A DNA stretch of 43,972 bases from Acidimicrobiales bacterium. Its GTDB lineage: Bacteria; Actinomycetota; Acidimicrobiia; Acidimicrobiales; JABEUL01. Under the pieces are notes generated by a model. That model saw nothing but the letters and a program-made list of their open reading frames with translations, did no database searches and was not told the DNA's origin. Every line of letters starts with the position of its first letter. Within the stretch, counting starts at the first letter, position 1. Location of the stretch: assembly GCA_013044465.1 (NCBI GenBank), contig JABEUL010000223.1:1-43972 (forward strand). Direction: 5' to 3'. Below, piece after piece: positions 17,204-26,819 of the stretch. A program made the translations under genes and the position numbers.

Positions 17204-18004
17204 CTAGCCGGTGTAAACAACTTGAAAACATTCTGCCAAATGACCATCGGCAAGGCCATAGGTTGATGCTGTAATTTCAGTCCACGCTCTTATCAGCCCC
17301 TCTAAGTCTTCCATCCCATTAGTCTGGCTTGCATGGGATTTAAGAGCATTAATTTTATTTTGGAACGTCTCTGTAATATCAACCGCACAAACCCAAGTGC
17401 CTGGCTGTCCTAGAAGAGGGGACGGCTCCAAGCAATCAAAACTTGCCTCTTTATATGATTCCTTGCTTCCCTGTGGACCGAGGAAAGAAGACGGAGCTGC
17501 CATCAACCAAAGCTCCTTTACGGTATGGGGTTCTAGTTCATCATTTAGTAGCTCAGGATGGGCGAATGGATTTCTGGCATCTGGATAAATTGCAAATACA
17601 GAAGCTTCTCCAACTGCCATATGGTCGGGATGGCTCGCAAAAATGCGGTCCCACGACCTCTCGGGAGAAGGAGCTAATACTCGATCTGGCTTTAATTGTC
17701 TGATAAAGCGACTTATGTCTCGTCTTAGCTCAATTGTGCAAGTGACCCTTCCGTCTGAGTAGCCCAAAAAATGCACGTCGGTTACACCAACTTCCTTCGC
17801 CGCCTGCCTTTGTTCTTTTTGGCGAAGCATGGCCATGTCGCGTCTTGAAATTGATCTATCATTTCCACCTGCGTCACCATCGGTAATGATGAGGTATGTT
17901 ACCTTCACACCCTTTGAAGCCCATGCGGCGATAGTGCCGGCCGCACCGAAATCCAAGTCATCGGGGTGCGCTGCTATGCATAGTATTTTTTCTGGTACTC
18001 CCAT
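17204..18004 (-). CDS. PIG-L / LmbE family deacetylase
   Basis: Motifs IAAHPDDLDFGAAGT, ITDGDAGG and HPDH. It is distinct from the Mca-like paralog at 41059-41961. Confidence 0.8.
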   Translation of the reverse strand: MGVPEKILCIAAHPDDLDFGAAGTIAAWASKGVKVTYLIITDGDAGGNDRSISRRDMAMLRQKEQRQAAKEVGVTDVHFLGYSDGRVTCTIELRRDISRFIRQLKPDRVLAPSPERSWDRIFASHPDHMAVGEASVFAIYPDARNPFAHPELLNDELEPHTVKELWLMAAPSSFLGPQGSKESYKEASFDCLEPSPLLGQPGTWVCAVDITETFQNKINALKSHASQTNGMEDLEGLIRAWTEITASTYGLADGHLAECFQVVYTG

Positions 18005-18016
18005 TTATGAACCTTC

Positions 18017-19920
<1,904 letters not shown>

Positions 19921-19923
19921 CAT

Positions 19924-19952
19924 CTTGACATAAATTTAGTGGCAGTATGTAA
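19924..19952 (+). promoter_or_regulatory. consensus-like promoter TTGACA-N17-TGTAAT upstream of bcp
   Basis: A perfect -35 hexamer is followed by a 17-nt spacer and TGTAAT. The -10 ends only 2 nt before the bcp ATG, so the geometry is odd (see findings). Confidence 0.3.
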
Positions 19953-19954
19953 TC

Positions 19955-20425
19955 ATGACTCGACTTCAAATCGGCGAAAAGGCTCCCGCATTTAATCTTC
20001 TTGATCCAAGTGGAGACCGTGTAAAGCTAAGTAATTTTCAGGGAAATCCCGTAGTAATTTACTTTTATCCAGCAGACGATACCCCTGGTTGCACAAAGGA
20101 AGCCTGCCAGTTCCAAGAGGCCCTTGTCTCATTCAAGAAGGCAAAAGTGCCTGTAGTGGGAGTTTCACCTGATGACGGGAGCTCTCACAAGGCTTTTGCC
20201 AAGAAGTATGGGTTGAACTTTACGCTTTTAAGTGATCCTGATCACACGACTATGGAAAAATATGGTGCTTGGGGTGAAAAGACTCTGTATGGCAAGAAAA
20301 TGGTTGGGGTCATAAGATCTACTTTCGTAATCGATAAAGATGGCAAAATCGCTAAAGCCTGGTATAACGTGAGGGCTGATGGTCATGCAGCCAAGGTGCT
20401 TGAGTACTTAGAAACTCTTAGCTGA
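19955..20425 (+). CDS. bcp: thioredoxin-dependent thiol peroxidase Bcp (peroxiredoxin Q)
   Basis: 156 aa with the peroxidatic motif FYPADDTPGCTKEAC and typical Bcp length and termini. Confidence 0.9.
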   Translation: MTRLQIGEKAPAFNLLDPSGDRVKLSNFQGNPVVIYFYPADDTPGCTKEACQFQEALVSFKKAKVPVVGVSPDDGSSHKAFAKKYGLNFTLLSDPDHTTMEKYGAWGEKTLYGKKMVGVIRSTFVIDKDGKIAKAWYNVRADGHAAKVLEYLETLS

Positions 20426-20444
20426 GCCAAATTCGCACCGACTC

Positions 20445-20651
20445 CTACTGGCTAAATGTGGCATTCCAAATGTATTTGCCATCTAGTCCCCTGTAGGACA
20501 TGGTGGCCGACCTGTTCCTTTTGGGGCTGCACTCAACTCTCACTTTTTTGCAACCGCTCTTCGAGATGAAAAATGCTTCATTTCTGCATGTAGCGACAAC
20601 TTTTCTTTGACTCTTGGCCGATCCTTTGGGGCTGTTTGACAAGAAAGCCAT
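20445..20651 (-). CDS. hypothetical small basic Cys-containing protein (68 aa)
   Basis: An internal ATG is preceded by a strong SD (AAAGGAGAGAAGGAA-ATG). The protein is Lys/Arg-rich with 3 Cys and matches no family I recognise. The ORF track's longer start (20705) lacks an SD. Confidence 0.4.
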   Translation of the reverse strand: MAFLSNSPKGSAKSQRKVVATCRNEAFFISKSGCKKVRVECSPKRNRSATMSYRGLDGKYIWNATFSQ

Positions 20652-20820
20652 TTCCTTCTCTCCTTTGTTATTTCGATTTTCCGAATTGTTCGAGTAATTG
20701 AACATATTTAATTAATCGACCCGGCAAATTAGCGAGAGTTCATGAAAATGTGATGGAATTATTAAGCTTAAGAAGCTTCTAAATCCCAGCTAAATGGGGA
20801 TCAACGCGAATTTAAAGAAG

Positions 20821-21192
20821 TCAAATACTTCCCAAAATCAACCCAATTGCCCCAAAACCGGCACAAAATACTGCTGTTCCGAGAATATTTTTCAAACCCT
20901 CGGCCCACGAACCTTCCTCAATGAGCTTGAAAGATTCATACATATAGGTCGAAAATGTAGTGAATGATCCACAAAATCCCGTCCCAAATAGAGTGGCCAA
21001 ATCCGAGTTCAACTTGCCGCTGACATGCAAAGCCGTAATTGCTCCCAACAAAAGAGATCCGAGAGAATTAACGAGAAATGTGCCCCAAGGAAAAGTCGAT
21101 CTATTAATCGCCTTGGAACTAATCGCCTTGTCCATGCCATAGCGAGATATAGCGCCAACTCCACCAGTTAAAGCCATCAGGAAAACTAACAA
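20821..21192 (-). CDS. crcB: fluoride ion channel CrcB/Fluc (paralog 1)
   Basis: 123 aa with four hydrophobic helices and motifs GGVGAISRY and GFCGSFTTFSTY. Confidence 0.9.
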   Translation of the reverse strand: MLVFLMALTGGVGAISRYGMDKAISSKAINRSTFPWGTFLVNSLGSLLLGAITALHVSGKLNSDLATLFGTGFCGSFTTFSTYMYESFKLIEEGSWAEGLKNILGTAVFCAGFGAIGLILGSI

Positions 21193-21273
21193 AATGCTTT
21201 ATCCACCAGCTAACTTTTACCAGCTAGGTTCATGTTTATCGGAAAAGGTATTGAATCTGCACACATTGTGAAC

Positions 21274-21624
21274 TCATGCAGTCTCGTTTTTCCGACCTCC
21301 ATACAAGATGACTTCCACCTCTTGGGTAGTCACAATTCCTTCAGATACAAGCTCGAGCACCGATGGAATGAATGAATTTATCTTTTCAGCGGTGTCTATC
21401 ATCGATATAACTACAGGAAGATCAGATGATAAAGAGAGCACTCTTGAGGTGTGGATGTGGTTTGAAGCACCAAACCCCTCAATTCCCCTCGTGACAGTTG
21501 CCCCGGCTATTGCAGCATTGTGGGCCCTTGCTATTATTTCTGAATAAAGTGGGTGGTGGTGGTATTGATCACTCTCACCAATTGCAATTGTAAGCATTAC
21601 TGCTTTTCCAGTTAGTTCTTTCAT
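21274..21624 (-). CDS. DUF190 (UPF0166) domain protein, CrcB-associated
   Basis: MKELTGKAVMLTIAIGESD...GATVTRGIEGFG...PVVISMID matches the DUF190 pattern. The ATG at 21624 lies 2 nt after the stop of the upstream crcB. Confidence 0.75.
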   Translation of the reverse strand: MKELTGKAVMLTIAIGESDQYHHHPLYSEIIARAHNAAIAGATVTRGIEGFGASNHIHTSRVLSLSSDLPVVISMIDTAEKINSFIPSVLELVSEGIVTTQEVEVILYGGRKNETA

Positions 21625-21626
21625 CT

Positions 21627-22007
21627 CTACTCCTTTGTCCCAAGACCAATTCTTGCTAATCGAGTCCCCGCACCAACTGCGATGAGGCCCCCAACCAAGC
21701 AAAGAAACATCAATCCAACTCCTATTAGTGGCTTTCCGTGGTTAATAGCCTGATCGCTTGCAACTGCAAGAGTTGATTCGGTAGTAAAGCCACCGAGGAA
21801 CCCGATTGCCAAAAAAGGCCTGGCTAACTTAGTGGGTTTGATTCTCTCAGAAATTACAGTTACCACTATGCCAATTAGCAAAGCACCCACGAGATTGACT
21901 AAAAGTGTAGGCACAATGGAAAAAGCAGAGGAAAGCGAGGAAAACAGGGCCCACCTCAAAAGTGTGCCAAGTGCGCCACCAAGTAAAATTGCCAACCAAA
22001 CCGACAT
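21627..22007 (-). CDS. crcB: fluoride ion channel CrcB/Fluc (paralog 2)
   Basis: Start set at MSVWLAILLGGALGTLLRW, with motif GFLGGFTTESTL. The ORF track's 19-aa N-terminal extension is judged unlikely. Confidence 0.85.
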   Translation of the reverse strand: MSVWLAILLGGALGTLLRWALFSSLSSAFSIVPTLLVNLVGALLIGIVVTVISERIKPTKLARPFLAIGFLGGFTTESTLAVASDQAINHGKPLIGVGLMFLCLVGGLIAVGAGTRLARIGLGTKE

Positions 22008-22080
22008 TATTTCAATACTAATTGCTGGGACTTTGCACAAATGTAAGAACGAATGGTTCGCCATTGCCTACGATAGAGAT

Positions 22081-23202
22081 ATGCCACCCGAAAAACCACA
22101 ATGGGCTGAACTTTTTACTGAAGTTGTTACGTCGGGGCTGTGCACCGGATGTGCCGCCTGTGTCATTGTTTGTCCACATGACGTGCTGGGCTACAACGAC
22201 GCGGGCGGTGCTTATAAACCATTTCATTTTGATATCGACGGCGGGACAGCTGACTGCACTCATGGTCAAAGAGGCTGCACACTGTGCACGAGGGCATGTC
22301 CGCGGTTTCGCAACTGGGAAAGTGAAATCGATACATTCCTTTTTGGGCGCGAGAGAAAAGATGAGGAAATATCTGGAATCTCACAGGAAGTTATCCTTGC
22401 AAGGGCCGTGGATCCTGATTTGGTTCAAGTGGGCCAAGACGGCGGCTTAGTATCTGCGATTCTCGTCTATGCCCTTGAGAACGACAAAATAGATGCCGCA
22501 TTGGTATCTGGGCTGGAAGGTGACGGCTCTACTTGGAAAGCGGTTCCCCAAGTAGCCAGGTCCAGGCAAGATGTCATAAATACGGCAGGATCTAGGTATA
22601 CCTATAGTGCAAATACCCTTGGGTATAAAGAAGCAACCGATGGGGGAGCTGAGAGAATTGCCTTGGTTGGGATGGGTTGCCAGGCAAGTGCGCCTGGTGC
22701 TATGTCTGCTAAGAAAGCCGGAAAGACCGCCAGAAGATTTGTTCTCAATATCGGACTTTTATGTTCAAAGACATTTGATGATGCGATATTTAAAGAGTTA
22801 TTTGAGGATCGTTACAAAATCCAAAGGGAAAACATCAAGAAAATGAACATTAAAGGCGTGTTCCAAATTTGGTGTCATGACGGCAGTTATCATGAAGTTC
22901 CCCTAAAAGAAGCGCATGGTTGGACTAGAGAAGGTTGCAAAAACTGTCCCGATTTTGCCTCAGAACATGCAGATATATCAACTGGCGGTATCGGCGAATT
23001 TCAAGACTGGACCCTAACTGTTGTAAGGACAGATCGTGGGAGAGAGTTAATTGAAGAGATGAAGGGAAAAGGTGTCATTGAAACTCGTCCTGGCACAGAT
23101 GATCCCGGGGCAATTGCACTAATGAATAAGCTGGCAAAAGTAAGTAGAAAAAGGTGGCCTGAGACTGCAGTAGCAGCTCCCCGGAGAATTCCAGTTGCCT
23201 AG
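22081..23202 (+). CDS. FrhB/FdhB-family protein (coenzyme F420 hydrogenase/dehydrogenase beta-subunit-like) with N-terminal 2x[4Fe-4S] ferredoxin domain
   Basis: Start at MPPEKPQW (ATG 22081). Cys clusters are CTGCAACVIVCP and CTHGQRGCTLCTRACP. An FrhB-like body follows (GQDGGLVSA, VGMGCQ, CKNCPDFASEHADISTGG). The upstream part of the track ORF is antisense to crcB. Confidence 0.75.
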   Translation: MPPEKPQWAELFTEVVTSGLCTGCAACVIVCPHDVLGYNDAGGAYKPFHFDIDGGTADCTHGQRGCTLCTRACPRFRNWESEIDTFLFGRERKDEEISGISQEVILARAVDPDLVQVGQDGGLVSAILVYALENDKIDAALVSGLEGDGSTWKAVPQVARSRQDVINTAGSRYTYSANTLGYKEATDGGAERIALVGMGCQASAPGAMSAKKAGKTARRFVLNIGLLCSKTFDDAIFKELFEDRYKIQRENIKKMNIKGVFQIWCHDGSYHEVPLKEAHGWTREGCKNCPDFASEHADISTGGIGEFQDWTLTVVRTDRGRELIEEMKGKGVIETRPGTDDPGAIALMNKLAKVSRKRWPETAVAAPRRIPVA

Positions 23203-23224
23203 CAAAAAACCGACTTTTACAACC

Positions 23225-23860
23225 ATGTATTTCATCCGACATGGCCAAACTCCAACTACCGGCATTGAACTTCCCGGAAGAAAGCCAGGATTGCACCTAA
23301 GCGAACAGGGAATAAAACAAGCATCACTTCTTGGTGAGGCATTAGCCATGAACAAGTCTTTGAAATCAGCACCTATATACGTCTCGCCACTGGAGCGAAC
23401 TCGTGAAACTGCTGCTCCAATTGCCAAGGCACTTAAATCTCGGGCCAAAGTAGAAAAAGGCCTCATTGAGTGTGATTTCGGAGACTTCACTGGCCGAAAA
23501 CTAGCAGATCTAGCGAAACTCGATGAGTGGAAAGTTATGCACCTTTCAGCTTCTAATTGGAGATTCCCTAACGGCGAGTCTTTTTTAGAGATGCAATTAC
23601 GACTGAGTCAGACTATTTGGAAGCTGATGGAAAGCCATTTGGGCAAAAGCGTGATTGTAGTAAGTCATGCCGATCCAATCAAAATGGCTCTGAATTCGGC
23701 GCTGGGATCATCGATTGATTTTTTCCACCGAATTGAAGTTGGGCCAGCATCTGTAAGTATTGTGCGCTATATGCAATTAGGGCCATCAGCGATGCCACAA
23801 GTGGTTGGAGTCAACTTAGATAGCGGATCAAGCTTTGTGCGAGGTAGTTCTCATGGGTGA
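23225..23860 (+). CDS. histidine phosphatase family protein (MSMEG_4193/Rv2135c-like putative phosphomutase)
   Basis: RHG motif MYFIRHGQT and a second catalytic His in VVSHADPIK. An alternative TTG start at 23195 would overlap the frhB-like stop by 8 nt. Confidence 0.8.
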   Translation: MYFIRHGQTPTTGIELPGRKPGLHLSEQGIKQASLLGEALAMNKSLKSAPIYVSPLERTRETAAPIAKALKSRAKVEKGLIECDFGDFTGRKLADLAKLDEWKVMHLSASNWRFPNGESFLEMQLRLSQTIWKLMESHLGKSVIVVSHADPIKMALNSALGSSIDFFHRIEVGPASVSIVRYMQLGPSAMPQVVGVNLDSGSSFVRGSSHG

Positions 23861-24401
23861 CACTTATGTTTTTGAAAATCCCGATAAAGTGACTTTTGGG
23901 ACAATTGGGAGGCCCTCTAAAAGAGTCTTTTTGATGCAGGTTAGAGAAGACGATCAAATGCTGACTGTCAAATTAGAGAAGATGCAGGTTTCTGCTTTGT
24001 CTTCCTACCTAGGAGGAATAATTGCACAAGCCCCAAGACCAGCCCATCTGCCAGATGACCTAGAACTCGAAGAGCCGATGATTGCATTATTCACCGTTGG
24101 GGCTCTTGGTGCAGCCTACGATGAAGAACTTGATCGAGTTATTTTGGTAGCTGAAGAAAGCGAAGACTACGAGAGTCTTCAAATGACCTTATTTGATCCC
24201 ACTGAACTCCGAATTGCCGATGACAACATTGGTTCGGCACTACGAGTAATGGCTACTCGTGAACAGGCTTCTGCTCTTGCCATAAGGGGTCGAGCACTCG
24301 TTGAAGCCGGTCGTCCTCCGTGTCCGCTATGTGGATACCCTATAAATCCGGATGGCCATGACTGTCCAAGAACTAACGGACACCGTCCCCCTGCGATCTA
24401 G
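23853..24401 (+). CDS. DUF3090 family protein (TIGR03847-like, Rv2134c-like)
   Basis: MGDTYVFENPDKVTFGTIGRPSKRVFLMQ at the N-terminus and the C-terminal Cys/His motif CPLCGYPINPDGHDCPRTNGH. The ATG overlaps the upstream stop (ATGGGTGA). Confidence 0.75.
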   Translation: MGDTYVFENPDKVTFGTIGRPSKRVFLMQVREDDQMLTVKLEKMQVSALSSYLGGIIAQAPRPAHLPDDLELEEPMIALFTVGALGAAYDEELDRVILVAEESEDYESLQMTLFDPTELRIADDNIGSALRVMATREQASALAIRGRALVEAGRPPCPLCGYPINPDGHDCPRTNGHRPPAI

Positions 24402-25118
24402 TTGACCTTGAGTAATTCACGACCTCAAACAAGTGAAGTCTTGTTACTTGGAGACATAGAGATACAAGAAAGGCTTGCATATAGCTCAAACAACGCGTTT
24501 ATAGTAAGTGTCAGTTATCAGGATCAAAGCGAGCTGTGCGTATATAAGCCGGAAGCCGGCGAGCGCCCGCTTTGGGATTTCGAACCGGGACTTTGGAAAA
24601 GAGAAGTTGGAGCATATGAGTTAAGTGCTTTATTTGGTTGGGAGATTATCCCTGAAACGCTTGGGCGCTTCGACGCGCCACTCGGTGTTGGATCGATTCA
24701 AAAATACATTGACTTTGATCCAGAGGAGCACTACTTTACCTTGGTTGATCAAGAAAAATACATGTGCGAAATTGAAAAAGTAGCACTTTTTGACTTTGTT
24801 GCTAATAATGCAGATCGAAAAGGCGGTCATTTTCTAATTGATGAAAATGGTCATCTCTGGGCAATTGATCATGGCCTGTGTTTTAACGAGGATCCGAAGT
24901 TGAGGACGGTTGTTTGGGACTTAGGAGAAAGGACGGTTCCAAATAATCTCAAAGAAGACTTAAGATTGGCCAAGCCAGATGTTGAAGAGACCCTCAGCCC
25001 TTATTTAAGTAAAAGAGAGATCGAACTTACTATTTTAAGGTTAGAAGCAGTTATAAAGCTAGAGGCGTTCCCTGATCCGGGTGACGGCAGGCGGCCTTAT
25101 CCCTGGCCACTTCTTTAA
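24402..25118 (+). CDS. SCO1664 family protein (PI3/PI4-kinase-like fold, TIGR03843-like, Rv2133c-like)
   Basis: Kinase-like catalytic segments NNADRKGGHFL and IDHGLCFN. The TTG start directly follows the DUF3090 stop. Confidence 0.7.
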   Translation: MTLSNSRPQTSEVLLLGDIEIQERLAYSSNNAFIVSVSYQDQSELCVYKPEAGERPLWDFEPGLWKREVGAYELSALFGWEIIPETLGRFDAPLGVGSIQKYIDFDPEEHYFTLVDQEKYMCEIEKVALFDFVANNADRKGGHFLIDENGHLWAIDHGLCFNEDPKLRTVVWDLGERTVPNNLKEDLRLAKPDVEETLSPYLSKREIELTILRLEAVIKLEAFPDPGDGRRPYPWPLL

Positions 25119-26720
25119 CTAACAGGATTTTGCAGTCGGCCTTTTCTTCCGTGTACCTGATTCTTGATTTGGTACACCTTGCGTTGATGGCATTGCCAGG
25201 GGCTCGACTGCTCCAATAACTGTATTTAATGTACAGTCAGTAGTGCCCGCCATGGACTTAACCGATGTTGATATGGATGGAAGTGAAGGTGCGGAAGTAT
25301 TGGAGCTTCCAAAATCAAAAGCTGAAGTTAAGTCTCCAGTGTTGTCTCTTCTCCACTGGCTCAAATTAGGGACTTCTACGCCAAATCTGGACTCGATAAA
25401 ACGAAGAGTAGAGGTATGGTCAAAAGTTTCCGAACATACATAACCGCCTTTACTAAAGGGCGATACAACAATCATTGGAACCCTGAACCCAAGACCTATT
25501 GGTCCATTTGATCCACTTGCATCACTTGGAAGCGGAGAGACAGTCAAGTACTCATCTTTTGTTCCCGGTGGCGGAGTTGGGGGTGTGACATGGTCGAAAA
25601 AACCACCGTTTTCATCGTAAGTTATAAATAGTGCGGTCTTTGCCCACACCGAAGGGTTCGACATGAGCGTGGTAATAACTTGATTCACAACTTGTTCGCC
25701 ACCTACAGGTGGTGCCGGTGGATGTTCAGAAGCTGGATCTGATGCGACTATCCATGAGACTTGGGGGAGATTTCCAGTTTGGACATCGGTTTGAAAATCA
25801 TTGGGGAAAGCTTCTTGAAATGCAAGCTTGTACTTCTGTGAACTTGAATCTAAGAACTGTGGGAAGTAAAGCAAGATATTGTCTGAAGCAAGTGCGCCAA
25901 GTGCGGTTCCTGGGGCATAAAGAGAACCGGAGGGCTGATAAGTTTTCCAAGTAATACCTTTTGCACTTAGTTGGTCTGGCATAGTGGTCCATTTTGCGCT
26001 GCCTTCATATGAAAGTGACCCTTGGGTAGTTACAACAGGCCCGCCATTTTTGCCACTTGGATCAATGGTTCCCGACATTGCCATAAGTCGATTTGGATGG
26101 GTGGGACCTAATACCGAGCAGTGGTAAGCATCGCAAATCGTGTAGCTGTCAGCTAGTGCATAATAATAGGGAAGGTCGGCTCTTTCGTAGTATCCCATAG
26201 TGCCCAGTGCATTTGCTGGCCCATCGGCACTCAGATGAGCACTCCCAAAGCCATCCATTTTCCCATTGTCCCAAGACTGATGCTGCGGGCCCCAAGCGTG
26301 GGTAATGTCATTGACACACATTGAATTAGTCGCATTAATTGTGTCCAAGTGGAATGGCAATAGCTTCCCAACGGGTGCCACGGAGCTATTTGCTGAAAAA
26401 TCCTGCTCAAATATGCCGGCAGTTCGAGCTGCTTGGTTGCTAAAGCCATTTACTCCAGGGTAGGTGCCAAAGTACTGGTCAAAAGACCGATTTTCCTGGA
26501 TAAAGATGACAATGTGATCAATTTGATTCAGTCCGTTTGGCGGTGCGCAAATTTTGCCCGTAGTTGTCGTGGCCGCACTTGGAGTGGATGAAGTACAGGA
26601 GGACAAAAGTGCTGCCCCTGCCCCTGCCCCAAGGCTCGCCAAAAGGAAATCTCGCCTTGAAAACGGATTATTTGAACTGAGTTTTCTTATTTTGCCTGGA
26701 AAGTCATCAAATTGTGCCAT
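25119..26720 (-). CDS. Tat-exported lipoprotein, phosphoesterase family (non-hemolytic phospholipase C / acid phosphatase AcpA-like)
   Basis: Twin-arginine signal SRRDFLLASLGAGAGAALLSSC with a lipobox Cys. Phosphoesterase motifs are IFIQENRSFDQYFGTYPG and ITYDENGGFFDHV. Confidence 0.85.
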   Translation of the reverse strand: MAQFDDFPGKIRKLSSNNPFSRRDFLLASLGAGAGAALLSSCTSSTPSAATTTTGKICAPPNGLNQIDHIVIFIQENRSFDQYFGTYPGVNGFSNQAARTAGIFEQDFSANSSVAPVGKLLPFHLDTINATNSMCVNDITHAWGPQHQSWDNGKMDGFGSAHLSADGPANALGTMGYYERADLPYYYALADSYTICDAYHCSVLGPTHPNRLMAMSGTIDPSGKNGGPVVTTQGSLSYEGSAKWTTMPDQLSAKGITWKTYQPSGSLYAPGTALGALASDNILLYFPQFLDSSSQKYKLAFQEAFPNDFQTDVQTGNLPQVSWIVASDPASEHPPAPPVGGEQVVNQVITTLMSNPSVWAKTALFITYDENGGFFDHVTPPTPPPGTKDEYLTVSPLPSDASGSNGPIGLGFRVPMIVVSPFSKGGYVCSETFDHTSTLRFIESRFGVEVPNLSQWRRDNTGDLTSAFDFGSSNTSAPSLPSISTSVKSMAGTTDCTLNTVIGAVEPLAMPSTQGVPNQESGTRKKRPTAKSC

Positions 26721-26765
26721 GTAGTGATGCTATCGCTACTAAGAGACAAGTACAAAGTTATTGGA

Positions 26766-26814
26766 CAAAATAAAAATTAGCCACCCAGCCAAGTATCTCC
26801 TTAGGCTGGATGGG
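26766..26814 (-). terminator. rho-independent terminator downstream of etfA
   Basis: The minus strand reads CCCATCCAGCC-taaggagatactt-GGCTGGGTGG (10-bp stem, one mismatch) followed by CTAATTTTTATTTT. Confidence 0.6.
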
Positions 26815-26819
26815 ATTAA

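Noticed and set aside
20764-20778. AAGCTT-AAG-AAGCTT self-complementary repeat downstream of crcB paralog 1, as a possible terminator
   Set aside because: The stem is only 6 bp with a 3-nt loop, it is AT-rich, and no U-run follows on the minus strand. This is too weak to call.
21832-22080. An 83-aa N-terminal extension of the FrhB-like ORF
   Set aside because: It lies antisense to the crcB paralog 2 coding region. The ferredoxin domain begins just after the Met at 22081, so the extension is a frame artefact.
22008-22080. Possible fluoride (crcB-motif) riboswitch upstream of crcB paralog 2
   Set aside because: The minus-strand sequence (..UAGGCAAUGGCGAACCAUUCGUUCUUACAUUUGUGCAAAGUCCCAGCAAUUAG..) lacks the P1 GGCGAUG...CGCC helix, the AAAC linker and the CUGAUG element. 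Only a small AAUGG-CGAA-CCAUU hairpin is present. A covariance-model scan is needed to be certain.
24574-24590. A tRNA T-arm-like sequence (minus strand GGTTCGAAATCCC)
   Set aside because: It is embedded in frame within the SCO1664-family CDS, and no acceptor, D or anticodon arms can be built around it.
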